In this document: positions 1 to 8,183 of the stretch, piece by piece
Numbering within the stretch: the stretch's first letter is position 1
How the letters are laid out: each line of letters starts with the position of its first letter
Assembly (NCBI GenBank): GCA_016658885.1
Contig: GCA_016658885.1_4807.1
Source of the DNA: a phage
Reading direction: 5' to 3' (one strand)
DNA: 64,000 nt
Notes under the pieces: generated by a model
Told to the model about the DNA's origin: nothing
Seen by the model: only the letters and a program-made list of their open reading frames with translations
The model's database searches: none
Program-made: the position numbers and the translations under genes

Positions 1-168
1 ATCTTCCTCTTCGAGTTCCGTAAATTCGCTAAAATCGATAGGACTATGAAGCTCTTCGATAGTTGCATCTACGTTAAAGAGATAAACGTTTTTAAGTTTT
101 TCGCCAAATACGTTAGAGTTTTCGGAAGTTTCGACGCGAGCGGAACGGATAGCGGCTAAAGTAATCAT
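1..168 (-). CDS. hypothetical protein, 5' part only (gene runs off left edge)
   Basis: Open frame to position 1 on minus strand; ATG at 166-168 preceded by AGGAGA SD (ctaggagaatattATG); not in supplied ORF track because truncated. Confidence 0.45.
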   Translation of the reverse strand, partial: MITLAAIRSARVETSENSNVFGEKLKNVYLFNVDATIEELHSPIDFSEFTELEEED

Positions 169-220
169 AATATTCTCCTAGTTAGTCGGGAGGGTAGCGA
201 CCTATTCGCTACCTCATCCC

Positions 221-265
221 CTCTCGATATAAAACATTATAGTCTTAGTGTACGAAGAAGTAAAG
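221..265. repeat. 45-bp imperfect direct repeat, copy 1 (CTCTCGATATAAA...GTGTACGAAGAAGTAAAG)
   Basis: Matches 621-663 over about 38 of 45 positions; lies just upstream of the start of minus-strand gene 276..635. Confidence 0.5.
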
Positions 266-275
266 CACTTTTTCG

Positions 276-635
276 TTATTCTGCGATAAAATATTTATAA
301 GCTTTATCGCCTTCTACGTCGATATACTCGACGATAATTAACGCTTCGCCGCGAGGCGTAACCGTCTCGATAAGGGTAACGGCTTCGTCGTCGGTCTTCG
401 CGAAGCGGATGGCGCTACATTCGGCGTACTTCATATCATCGAAGGAAAGGCCGATGAAGGCGACCGCGCGGACCTTAATGGCGCTAGATTCTAGTTCCGC
501 GTTAACGGCGGCGATAAGAGAGCGAACGGTTAAGCGGTCTTCGTCGTAAGTAAGGATGGAAGAGATTAAAGTAGTCATAATAAAGCTCCCGATGCTAGTA
601 GAAGAAAGGGCCATCGCCCGTCTCGATATAAACAA
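276..635 (-). CDS. hypothetical protein
   Basis: 119-aa ORF; SD GGGAG then TTTATTATG start context shared with neighbouring genes. Confidence 0.5.
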   Translation of the reverse strand: MFISRRAMALSSTSIGSFIMTTLISSILTYDEDRLTVRSLIAAVNAELESSAIKVRAVAFIGLSFDDMKYAECSAIRFAKTDDEAVTLIETVTPRGEALIIVEYIDVEGDKAYKYFIAE

Positions 636-663
636 GTATACGCGAGTGTACGAAGAAGTAAAG
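621..663. repeat. 45-bp imperfect direct repeat, copy 2
   Basis: Second copy of the element at 221-265; followed by inverted copy of GTAAAGCACTTT at about 702-714. Confidence 0.5.
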
Positions 664-706
664 AAAAAAGATAAAATAATTTATCGCATTTTTATCGAAA
701 AAGTGC

Positions 707-734
707 TTTACTTTTTTCTACACTATATTATAAT
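707..734 (+). promoter_or_regulatory. candidate sigma70-like promoter (TTTACT-N16-TATAAT) for rightward genes 803..1824
   Basis: -10 TATAAT at 729-734, -35-like TTTACT at 707-712, about 70 bp upstream of RBS and ATG at 803. Confidence 0.35.
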
Positions 735-802
735 GTACTCATATCGGGACGGGATGAGTTAACGAATAGGTCGTTAACGCCTCTCCCAACTAGGAGTTTA
801 TT

Positions 803-1117
803 ATGGCTATCGTTACCCGCTTTACCCTCGAAAACGCAACCGCCGAAGTCCAGGGCGTTACGCTTACTTACGGCGAAATTCTCGCGAAATTCTCCGGCGT
901 TCGCTTAGGCGAAGAAATTAACGACGCGACGGTAATCGAGCAACTCGCTGCTTCTCGCTTAGAGCGCGACGAAAACGGATTCTTCGAAGTCGATGCGGAA
1001 TTAAATTTATGCGGTAAAACGGCGTTTATTAACGAGTTCGAACTCGCCGTTTTAGTTAATTACGATAGCAAAGCTTACGCCTTCGCCCTCGAATTAATCG
1101 AAGACGACGAAGAGTAA
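803..1117 (+). CDS. hypothetical protein
   Basis: 104-aa ORF; SD TAGGAG and start context TAGGAGTTTATTATGG identical to that of gene 1198; strong GAA/NNC codon bias, TCGA-rich. Confidence 0.6.
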   Translation: MAIVTRFTLENATAEVQGVTLTYGEILAKFSGVRLGEEINDATVIEQLAASRLERDENGFFEVDAELNLCGKTAFINEFELAVLVNYDSKAYAFALELIEDDEE

Positions 1118-1197
1118 GAGAGGATTTTTAGAGCGTCGTGCGCGGCGCTTTAATAAAATTCTTTCGCGCCTAGCGCCCTAACAAATAGGAGTTTATT

Positions 1198-1824
1198 ATG
1201 GTTAGCTTAAATCGCTTTTCTACTAGCGGCGACGTTATCGCAACTAAGACCGCCGACCTCGTTGCATTCTATAATGCAAATTCCGGCTCAAAACCGATTA
1301 AGAAGTTTGCGGACCGCCGGACCGCCGAGACTCGCGTAATCGCGTTAATCGAGTCCTTAAACGCGCTCGATGCGCCGTCCAACGAATCGCCCATCCCCGA
1401 CGCTAAGCCGCGCGAGGAAGTGTCCAGCGATGTAAAAACGCATAAGGCGCGTGCGGTCGTTAAAAAGGCTGAGCCTACCCAGGAAGAACTCGACGCGATG
1501 ACCGACGAAGAATATGAAGCCTTCGTTAAGAGCGGTTTAAACGATAGTGCAAATTGCGTAGTGCAAAATGGAACTCCTTCCCATCGCCGTTCGAATAGCG
1601 AAGGTATTGCAAAAAGCTGGGATAATAAGGAAGTGGCGCAAAAGCGTCTCACCCGTAACGGCGTTATGGTCGAGGGTGTAGGCGAGTTCAAATCGGTCCG
1701 CGTAGCGTTCGGCGCGCTGGGATTACCGGATAGCAAGCACATTCGCTTCCGCATGAAGCTTAAGGAAGCTGGGCGCTTGAACTTCGAGTTCGGCAACAAG
1801 TCCTACACCTTCCAGATTATCTAA
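1198..1824 (+). CDS. hypothetical protein
   Basis: 208-aa ORF; identical RBS/start context to 803; contains two 11-mer motif copies near 1544-1569. Confidence 0.6.
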   Translation: MVSLNRFSTSGDVIATKTADLVAFYNANSGSKPIKKFADRRTAETRVIALIESLNALDAPSNESPIPDAKPREEVSSDVKTHKARAVVKKAEPTQEELDAMTDEEYEAFVKSGLNDSANCVVQNGTPSHRRSNSEGIAKSWDNKEVAQKRLTRNGVMVEGVGEFKSVRVAFGALGLPDSKHIRFRMKLKEAGRLNFEFGNKSYTFQII

Positions 1825-1831
1825 TCGAATG

Positions 1832-1853
1832 GCGGCCCTTCGGGGTCGCTTTT
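1832..1853 (+). terminator. candidate rho-independent terminator (GC stem with UUCG tetraloop, then TTTT)
   Basis: gcggccc-ttcg-gggtcgc hairpin followed by tttt immediately after stop of gene 1198..1824. Confidence 0.45.
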
Positions 1854-1874
1854 CATAGTGCAAATTGGTGGCTT

Positions 1875-2138
1875 ATGAATACTCTCATTCTCATCGCTAC
1901 GTTGTCCATCGGAAGTGGTCGCACCTTATCCCTTTATGATCATAGTGCAAATTGCGCTTACCCAACGCGCGTTGCGGCAATAGTTAATAGTGCAAATCGA
2001 ATGCTATTCGAGACTTGTTGGCGGGTCGATAACGAGAAAGGTCGGGTAGTCTTAGGTTATAGTGCAAATCTGCTGGTGGAGTCGTTCGATTGGACGGTTG
2101 AAGGTCGTAAATTGTTACGGAAAGTGACTAAAAGATGA
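1875..2138 (+). CDS. doubtful ORF (87 aa) spanning three 11-mer copies
   Basis: ORF with GGTGG SD, but its length coincides with 11-mer copies lying in frame (HSAN, NSAN, YSAN); may be non-coding. Confidence 0.2.
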   Translation: MNTLILIATLSIGSGRTLSLYDHSANCAYPTRVAAIVNSANRMLFETCWRVDNEKGRVVLGYSANLLVESFDWTVEGRKLLRKVTKR

Positions 2139-2252
2139 CTTATAATAATACACTTTCTAACGCGTTTATGGTTGTAACCTTCCCCATCGTATTACCGATG
2201 GCCCTAGAAGTGGAGAAAATGTGTTCTAGGGCCGTTTTATAGTGCAAATTGG

Positions 2253-2741
2253 CTAGTGGCGGGAGAATTGCTCACCTTCTTTGGCCGCCTCTCCAAAATC
2301 CTTGTAGAAATCGTCCATAGAACGGCCCATTTTACTATTGCCGTTTTCATCAATCATCGTGATGCCGTAGATGATATTCAGTTCACGAATAGCATTAAGC
2401 TTGGCTGATGCCGCGACTTCTGGATCACGCACAAGCTTGACCAAATTGTGAATTGCACCTTTTACGCTCCATAAATCCTTGAGTGGCATTTCTTCCATAC
2501 GCTTTTTGAAGCGCATTTTGTAGTACGGATTGCGTTGTGCGCAAAGGATTCGCTGGCCAGTGTAGTTATCCGTTGCAACTTCCATTCCAAATACTAGTGC
2601 AAAAGCTGCGCGCATGTCATGGCCCTGAATAACAAGGTCAATGAACTCATCGAATAAAGCCTGATTGTGCTCTGCAAATCGCGGGTCTTCAAAGTCTTCA
2701 GGCATCGCTACATAATCTTGACTCATAGTGCAAAATCCCAT
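2253..2741 (-). CDS. hypothetical protein
   Basis: 162-aa ORF (alternative start at 2726, MSQDYV); no clear SD; overlaps motif copies at its 5' end. Confidence 0.45.
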   Translation of the reverse strand: MGFCTMSQDYVAMPEDFEDPRFAEHNQALFDEFIDLVIQGHDMRAAFALVFGMEVATDNYTGQRILCAQRNPYYKMRFKKRMEEMPLKDLWSVKGAIHNLVKLVRDPEVAASAKLNAIRELNIIYGITMIDENGNSKMGRSMDDFYKDFGEAAKEGEQFSRH

Positions 2742-2949
2742 AGTGCAAATTAATAGTGTGAATTATACAATGGATGGACATTATATTCAAGTGCAGATTG
2801 ATGTTCATTATGGCTATAAACGTACACAAATCATAGTGCTGAATGGATAACGGACCGTGGTGCGTGGTGTACTGTTTGATACGAATAAAAGAAATCCATC
2901 CCTTTCGCCGCTTGCTATGCAAATCAAAGACTTAGCCGCTGCTGGCTGG

Positions 2950-3320
2950 TTGAAGCGTATCATGACGTATCATCCGTATTGCCGCAAGTCTTTGTTTTTA
3001 CTTATATATTACGGATGATACGTTAAATATATAAATTAACATAAGTATGAGGATGTAGAAAAAAATTAATTTAAATTAATTCAAAATGGAGTTAATTAAT
3101 TTTTCAAATTATATATATAACGATGCCCAGTTTTATCCGTATCATCCGTAAGATTAATGTACAAGCCAGGCGCGGCAAGGGCTGTACACTGATACGGATA
3201 AAAAACCATGACGTATCATGACGTAAGGGTGTACCAATTTGGAAAGGATGAATCCAGGAACGGCGCGGCCTGTAGCCATGATACGCTTAATTTTTAACCG
3301 TATTTTAAGCGTATCAAATG
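2950..3320. promoter_or_regulatory. iteron-like hub A: tandem/inverted 9-bp repeats (ACGTATCAT / ATCCGTATC family) flanking an about 100-bp core of over 90 percent AT
   Basis: cgtatcatgacgtatcatccgta (2955-2978), tacggatgatacg (3010-3022), AT core 3025-3125 with AAATTAATTTAAA palindromes, atccgtatcatccgta (3133-3150), catgacgtatcatgacgta (3209-3227). Confidence 0.55.
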
Positions 3321-3557
3321 TGTTCAAACACCACGTTTCACGACACTAAAATTTCAATCCATAGATATAATCTAACAAACATCACGGACCAATAGACACG
3401 ACCTATGAAATATATTTCTAAATATTTCCGCACAATCAATAAATAAAACACAACCTCATAATCATTCCATCGCAAAACACGACCCAAACAACAAAAGGCC
3501 GCATAAAGCGACCAATTGCACACATTCCATTCTTCAAAACACACAAATCAATGTTCT

Positions 3558-4091
3558 TTATCCGCTGACCTTCCAGTCACCATTCCTTTTATCACGCTTC
3601 TTTAACTCCGTTTTAATGACATTATTATCCACAATAACTCCTAAACGGCGCAATTCACACATGACCTTGTGGCGATATTGTCGAAGCTTTTTGACGTCCA
3701 TTGTGCTCCTTGAATAAGATAATACCATAAAAATAATATCATCATTCATCTTGTAGCGCATACAAGTTTTATAATGCCTTTTGAAAATAGCATTAACGGC
3801 ATCTGTTTTCAGCAATTCATCCATTAATTCTTGATTCCCTTCACAGACGTTAATGACCCATTCATCCCTTGATTTTGCCGCTTTCAATCCCCTTAGAGTT
3901 AATAACTCATATAATGCCTTTCTGCACTTAGAGCAATCACCAATTGTCAAACTTGATTCCATTTCTTGAGCATCGGTCAACTCTGTATTGCCTTTGCTGA
4001 ATTTACCGCACAAGCTGATTTGCTCGCCGTCGTCAAAGTAGTGGGCAAGTTTTGAGTATCGCGGCTTGCCCCATCCTGCAACGTTACCCAT
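3558..4091 (-). CDS. hypothetical protein (Cys-rich)
   Basis: ATG at 4089-4091 with AAGGAGG SD; ATGA overlap with upstream gene; ORF track start at 4094 is GTG. Confidence 0.55.
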   Translation of the reverse strand: MGNVAGWGKPRYSKLAHYFDDGEQISLCGKFSKGNTELTDAQEMESSLTIGDCSKCRKALYELLTLRGLKAAKSRDEWVINVCEGNQELMDELLKTDAVNAIFKRHYKTCMRYKMNDDIIFMVLSYSRSTMDVKKLRQYRHKVMCELRRLGVIVDNNVIKTELKKRDKRNGDWKVSG

Positions 4092-4516
4092 CACCCCTCC
4101 TTAACGACCCGATAAGCAACAATCTTTGCACCAGTCGGGCTTGTGACTTTATCCCATGTCAAACTATCCGAAGGAACGGCCTCTTTTGATTTATAACCGT
4201 TGAGTAATTCAAACTCAACCATCTTCCCAGGCACCGGATTCTCTCCACCACGCCACACGGTCCACGCTTCATCCTGCTTTTCGCAAGCATCAACATCCAC
4301 GCCTATAGTGGAAACGACGTCATGTAACTGCTTAACGAGCGCCGACGCATCACGGACCTGTGAGCGTAATGCAACCAACTCGCGTTGCGCTTCGCTATAT
4401 TTCTCTTCCAGCGCGGCGTAGTCCTCATATTCAACGTAGCCGCCTTCATTATCCTTTACAACTTCGCAAGTGCAAGCGTGCTGCGTGCAATAATCAACAT
4501 CGTAACGTTGTATCAT
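4091..4516 (-). CDS. hypothetical protein with C-terminal NPVPGK...AYRVV domain shared with 5665..6171
   Basis: 141-aa ORF, GGAGA SD; C-terminal about 55 aa align with C-terminus of 5665..6171. Confidence 0.55.
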   Translation of the reverse strand: MIQRYDVDYCTQHACTCEVVKDNEGGYVEYEDYAALEEKYSEAQRELVALRSQVRDASALVKQLHDVVSTIGVDVDACEKQDEAWTVWRGGENPVPGKMVEFELLNGYKSKEAVPSDSLTWDKVTSPTGAKIVAYRVVKEG

Positions 4517-5007
4517 TCTAACTTCTCCAAAATTTCAATGGCAATCTGCGTTTGCTTCTCAAGCGCGAGACGCAACATGTCAATTTGCAAGTCACGATGG
4601 GCCAGTTCAGCGGCGATGTCTGACTTGCTGTAAAGTCCTTCATGAGTCATGGCATAGATGTGGCGCGTATAATAGCCGCCCTCGTCGAGTTGCTCGATGT
4701 CACGTTGCCCGACTGCATATTGGTTATCGGTCGATGGCGCTTGGTCCTGAATTTTGATTGCTGCCACTTCCTTTAATGAATCGCGTGATGCGGGTCTGTT
4801 CTTTTCAAGCATCTTCACTTGGTCGATGCGCTCGCACCAAACTGAACCACAGGCTTCATACAACCACTGGCCGCGCCGCTCTTCCCATACAGGTTTTCCC
4901 TCATACAACCAAATGCTGCCATTGGAATCGCGCGCAACGAATCGCGCACGAGCGTCTATTTCGTATTCTTTACCTTCAAAATTGATGCGCTGCGTTTTGT
5001 TAGTCAT
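4513..5007 (-). CDS. hypothetical protein
   Basis: 164-aa ORF, overlapping stop/start with neighbours. Confidence 0.5.
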   Translation of the reverse strand: MTNKTQRINFEGKEYEIDARARFVARDSNGSIWLYEGKPVWEERRGQWLYEACGSVWCERIDQVKMLEKNRPASRDSLKEVAAIKIQDQAPSTDNQYAVGQRDIEQLDEGGYYTRHIYAMTHEGLYSKSDIAAELAHRDLQIDMLRLALEKQTQIAIEILEKLE

Positions 5008-5327
5008 TCAAATTTCTCCGTTTCTTTAATACACTGTAATACTTCTTCGATGCCAACTTCAACTTGCACATCGCTTTGACGCATCTCATCAATGAAATCA
5101 TCTTCACAACGTATCGGGTTATGCATCGTTAATATTTCAAACACCTCAACGTGACTGACCAGCGGCAAAAGGTGCTTCCTTACTAATTTGATTAAAACGT
5201 CGTGCGAGTCCTTGTCTTTTATTTCTGATTCAATATTATTTTCTTCACAGAAAAGTGACACTGTGTCACCATCCATGAATCCGAACTTAGATGCAAGCGA
5301 TTGCGCGTGCAAGTGAAGAGTTTTCAT
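5004..5327 (-). CDS. hypothetical protein
   Basis: 107-aa ORF, overlapping stop/start with neighbours. Confidence 0.5.
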   Translation of the reverse strand: MKTLHLHAQSLASKFGFMDGDTVSLFCEENNIESEIKDKDSHDVLIKLVRKHLLPLVSHVEVFEILTMHNPIRCEDDFIDEMRQSDVQVEVGIEEVLQCIKETEKFE

Positions 5328-5665
5328 TTAACCTTCTCCAATTGGAATCTTGTTTCTGGAAAGCCTGCGACAAACATATCACGGCCCTCGACATCACGCT
5401 TCACGAACCAACGCATTCCGCTGACTACCGTGAAGACAATTTGCCTTCCGTCAATAATAAGTCCTTTTGCCTCATAAAGCAAATAGGTCTGACCGACCTT
5501 GAAGCTTGACAGTTCTTTGCTTGCGCTGGTGCACTTGAGCCGCCACTGGGTGAGATTGGATTCGCTCGCCTCGATGTCAACAATCTTACCGCGCAGCGGC
5601 GATGTGCGCTGAAGCTCTTTCATTTGCTCGTCGAACGTTAGCTCACGGCCTTCTTGCTCTTCCAT
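5324..5665 (-). CDS. hypothetical protein
   Basis: 113-aa ORF, overlapping stop/start with neighbours. Confidence 0.5.
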   Translation of the reverse strand: MEEQEGRELTFDEQMKELQRTSPLRGKIVDIEASESNLTQWRLKCTSASKELSSFKVGQTYLLYEAKGLIIDGRQIVFTVVSGMRWFVKRDVEGRDMFVAGFPETRFQLEKVK

Positions 5666-6171
5666 TATTCCTCCACGACGCGATAAGCGATGATGTCGTC
5701 CCCAAAAGGTCTACCAACAATCTCCCATGTCATACTATCCGAAAGTGCAGGCTTTCTTGATTCATAACCGTCTCGAAGCTTATACATAACCTTCTTGCCT
5801 GGTACTGGATTCGAGTCGCTGCCGTCCCATTCAATCCAACCGTCAACCGTCTTCTTCTCCTTCAAGTGCTCATGCTTCTCACCGATGTGGGCGACAGGTT
5901 GACGGCTTCCGTAATAGAATGCCAGGGCGACATCATAGCTTGGGTGAGTATTCGAAAGACAGATGTCATCACACCAAAGCTCCATGGTGCGCGACTTAAG
6001 GGTCATGATATTGATATACCACTCGATGGTGTAGTGGTCGTTAAGGTTGCCGACGATATAGAAGTTGCGACAAAACACCTTATCGCTATCTGACTTCTCG
6101 CGGCGATAGCTTTTGATTGCGCCAGCCTTTACAGCCATTTCCAGTACTGCTTCGAGTTGTTCTATTTTCAT
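5665..6171 (-). CDS. hypothetical protein with C-terminal NPVPGK...AYRVV domain (paralogous domain to 4091..4516)
   Basis: 168-aa ORF; C-terminal segment WIEWDGSDSNPVPGKKVMYKLRDGYESRKPALSDSMTWEIVGRPFGDDIIAYRVVEE matches 4091..4516. Confidence 0.55.
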   Translation of the reverse strand: MKIEQLEAVLEMAVKAGAIKSYRREKSDSDKVFCRNFYIVGNLNDHYTIEWYINIMTLKSRTMELWCDDICLSNTHPSYDVALAFYYGSRQPVAHIGEKHEHLKEKKTVDGWIEWDGSDSNPVPGKKVMYKLRDGYESRKPALSDSMTWEIVGRPFGDDIIAYRVVEE

Positions 6172-6404
6172 TTCTTTGCTCCGAGTTCAATTTGATAGCC
6201 GATTGACAATTCATTTTCGCCGATGGTGAATGCATCGACTGGCTGCGACATCACCGCTTTTAAATAGACCTTCTTGCGTCGCTTCGCCTTGTACAAGCAA
6301 CGGTCGCCGCTGCGGTTGTAAATATTAAGCCAGGTGCGCTTACTAATCTTATACGGCACATGCGGCTTGATGAATAATAAACGGGCCTTAAGATTTGATG
6401 TCAT
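6168..6404 (-). CDS. hypothetical protein (basic)
   Basis: 78-aa ORF with GGAGGT SD. Confidence 0.45.
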   Translation of the reverse strand: MTSNLKARLLFIKPHVPYKISKRTWLNIYNRSGDRCLYKAKRRKKVYLKAVMSQPVDAFTIGENELSIGYQIELGAKK

Positions 6405-6681
6405 AATATTTACCTCCAGCCATATTCTCTTTAATTTCTTTTAATGCCGCGCGACCTGCTTTTGTCATCACCACGGATGAATAGCGCGTCGGGTCTTTCT
6501 CCCCTGGCACCGCCCAATCAACAAGGCCCAACCGGAATAAGACAGGGATTGACGGCGCATTGATGTCGTGGAACAGTGATGGCCGCTTTTCATAAGCCTT
6601 CTTGCGGTCGCCGCGCAGCATGTATGGCGTTCCATCTTCCATTCGGTACAATGTTTGAATTTGCGCTAGGCTTAGTCTCAT
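6388..6681 (-). CDS. hypothetical protein
   Basis: ATG at 6679-6681 with GGAGA SD; track start at 6696 is TTG. Confidence 0.5.
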   Translation of the reverse strand: MRLSLAQIQTLYRMEDGTPYMLRGDRKKAYEKRPSLFHDINAPSIPVLFRLGLVDWAVPGEKDPTRYSSVVMTKAGRAALKEIKENMAGGKYYDIKS

Positions 6682-6863
6682 TGTTGTCTTCTCCAAACTG
6701 CGTGTAATGTTTTCTGGTCGAACTTGGACAGCGTTTCACGCTCCGATGCTTTCAGGAAGCGTGTGCCAAAGAACAACATTCCTTGCGGCGTTTTAACGAG
6801 CGACACGCCTTTGTTACGGTAAAAGCTTACCAAGGCTGATGCGTTGTGGACTTCGGTACTCAT
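6678..6863 (-). CDS. hypothetical protein
   Basis: 61-aa ORF, ATGA overlaps at both ends. Confidence 0.4.
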   Translation of the reverse strand: MSTEVHNASALVSFYRNKGVSLVKTPQGMLFFGTRFLKASERETLSKFDQKTLHAVWRRQQ

Positions 6864-7165
6864 AACTTCCCTCCAAATGTTGCAACACGGATGCCGCGAC
6901 GCTCGAACGTTAACATCGGGTTAAGGCCGTCAGCGCAAGTGATAAACAAATCATCAACGATAAGCTCATATCCGCCAACGTAAAGGATGAACGGGTCATC
7001 GCTATTCTTTAAAAGCATGATGGCTGCAATTCCATTTTTGTTATTGTTAAATCCGTGCACCGTCACTTCACCGACGTTCCTTTCTGTGAACGTTTTAATG
7101 GCACCACAGTTCACGGCTTCTTGCAAAGCGTTCAAAACCTTTTTCTTCATCGCTTCGGTACTCAT
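6860..7165 (-). CDS. hypothetical protein
   Basis: ATG at 7163-7165 with AAGGAGA SD. Confidence 0.5.
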   Translation of the reverse strand: MSTEAMKKKVLNALQEAVNCGAIKTFTERNVGEVTVHGFNNNKNGIAAIMLLKNSDDPFILYVGGYELIVDDLFITCADGLNPMLTFERRGIRVATFGGKL

Positions 7166-7167
7166 AA

Positions 7168-7464
7168 TCAAATCTCCTTAAAAACAAATCCGCTGATAAT
7201 AGATTGATAGTGTGTCACGCCGCGTATTTCTACGACCTTGCAACGATGCGCCTGGCCCTTGTATTCTATCCACCATACTTCCATATCAGGAAGGTTGTTT
7301 GGTTGCGTAATCCATCCGTGAAACAATTCGTATGTCTCACCGACCTTAAACGGCTTGAGCACGCCGTAAGAATCATTTCTCAATACGCAGACGACATCTT
7401 GGCTGTCTTTGTATACAGCATCATGAAACAGCCCGCTTCTGCCAAACCTTTCGTCGTAACTCAT
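7168..7464 (-). CDS. hypothetical protein
   Basis: ATG at 7462-7464 (MSYDERF) with AAAGGAGAA SD; in-frame upstream extension to 7524 starts inside the repeated promoter module. Confidence 0.5.
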   Translation of the reverse strand: MSYDERFGRSGLFHDAVYKDSQDVVCVLRNDSYGVLKPFKVGETYELFHGWITQPNNLPDMEVWWIEYKGQAHRCKVVEIRGVTHYQSIISGFVFKEI

Positions 7465-7492
7465 AATCAATTCTCCTTTGCTTGATGAACTA

Positions 7493-7540
7493 AGTATAAT
7501 ACAGGCAAATAAAAAGGCAAGCATTTAGCTCACCTTTTTG
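7493..7540 (-). promoter_or_regulatory. repeated promoter module copy 1 (TTGCCT-N16-TATACT with conserved upstream CAAAAAGGTGAGCTAAATGC)
   Basis: About 60 bp near-identical to 8996-9047; sigma70-like hexamers on minus strand upstream of gene 7168..7464. Confidence 0.45.
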
Positions 7541-7542
7541 AA

Positions 7543-7788
7543 TTAAATATTCTTCGCCTCTTCGTGGAGGCCGACCGACCTTAGTTTACGCCGCAAGTAA
7601 GCTTTCTTCTCGCTTTCCCGTCCGGCTGGAGTAACGCGCCAGCGTAATGTGTTCTCCAGATTCTTGCGTCGGTTGTGCTCGTCGAGTAGCTCTACCAGTG
7701 CCTTTGCATCGTCGAGTGTTAACACCACGGGCCGCGACCCATTAACGGCTTGTCGAAGCTTCCGCGCGGCAACGGCCAGCTTAGTCAT
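7543..7788 (-). CDS. hypothetical protein (basic, possible DNA-binding)
   Basis: ATG at 7786-7788 with AAGGG SD; track start at 7803 is GTG. Confidence 0.45.
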   Translation of the reverse strand: MTKLAVAARKLRQAVNGSRPVVLTLDDAKALVELLDEHNRRKNLENTLRWRVTPAGRESEKKAYLRRKLRSVGLHEEAKNI

Positions 7789-7799
7789 CGGACCCTTGT

Positions 7800-8183
7800 T
7801 CACGGCAACTCCTTATTCATCGGCGTTATGGACAGCACCTTCACTTCAGTGATGTCACGGTTGTATTCGCGCTTGATTTGTAGAATCTGGGATTGGATGC
7901 GCGCGATAAAGTGCCACGTGATGCCTTCCTTAACGTTAATCCAATCCGCAAGTTGAATTGAGTCGATTTCACTTCTCAATGTCATCGGTCTGTAAGCAGC
8001 ACTTGGTGCACCATAAGCAGGCTGTGTATCGTAAGCTGAATACTTGAATGACACCAAGAACATTCTTTCTTCAAGCTGACTCTCGCTATTAGGATTCTTA
8101 TCACAATTAGCCATATGCTGCACGAACTCTTCATGCGGAAGATGCATCACATCGTGGCAATACGGACAACGTTTCATTCTCAT
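7800..8183 (-). CDS. hypothetical protein with N-terminal Cys/His cluster (CPYCH...H...C)
   Basis: 127-aa ORF; MKRCPYCHDVMHLPHEEFVQHMANC suggests zinc-binding. Confidence 0.45.
   Translation of the reverse strand: MRMKRCPYCHDVMHLPHEEFVQHMANCDKNPNSESQLEERMFLVSFKYSAYDTQPAYGAPSAAYRPMTLRSEIDSIQLADWINVKEGITWHFIARIQSQILQIKREYNRDITEVKVLSITPMNKELP

Larger units (their letters stand above)
1544..2844 (+). repeat. dispersed same-orientation array of 11-mer ATAGTGCAAAT (7 exact copies, about 5 one-mismatch variants)
   Basis: Exact copies start at 1544, 1855, 1942, 1987, 2059, 2239, 2740; variants at 1559, 2594, 2725, 2754, 2833; all on the same strand, irregular spacing. Confidence 0.7.

Noticed and set aside
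1544-2844. Possibility that the 11-mer cluster is a CRISPR array
   Set aside because: Repeats are only 11 bp, irregularly spaced (12 to 354 bp) and overlap coding sequence; no repeat-spacer periodicity.
2950-3320. TTATCCGTA elements in the hubs as host DnaA boxes
   Set aside because: They differ from the TTATCCACA consensus at two adjacent positions and form part of a longer phage-specific 9-bp tandem unit, so a dedicated phage protein is the more likely binder.
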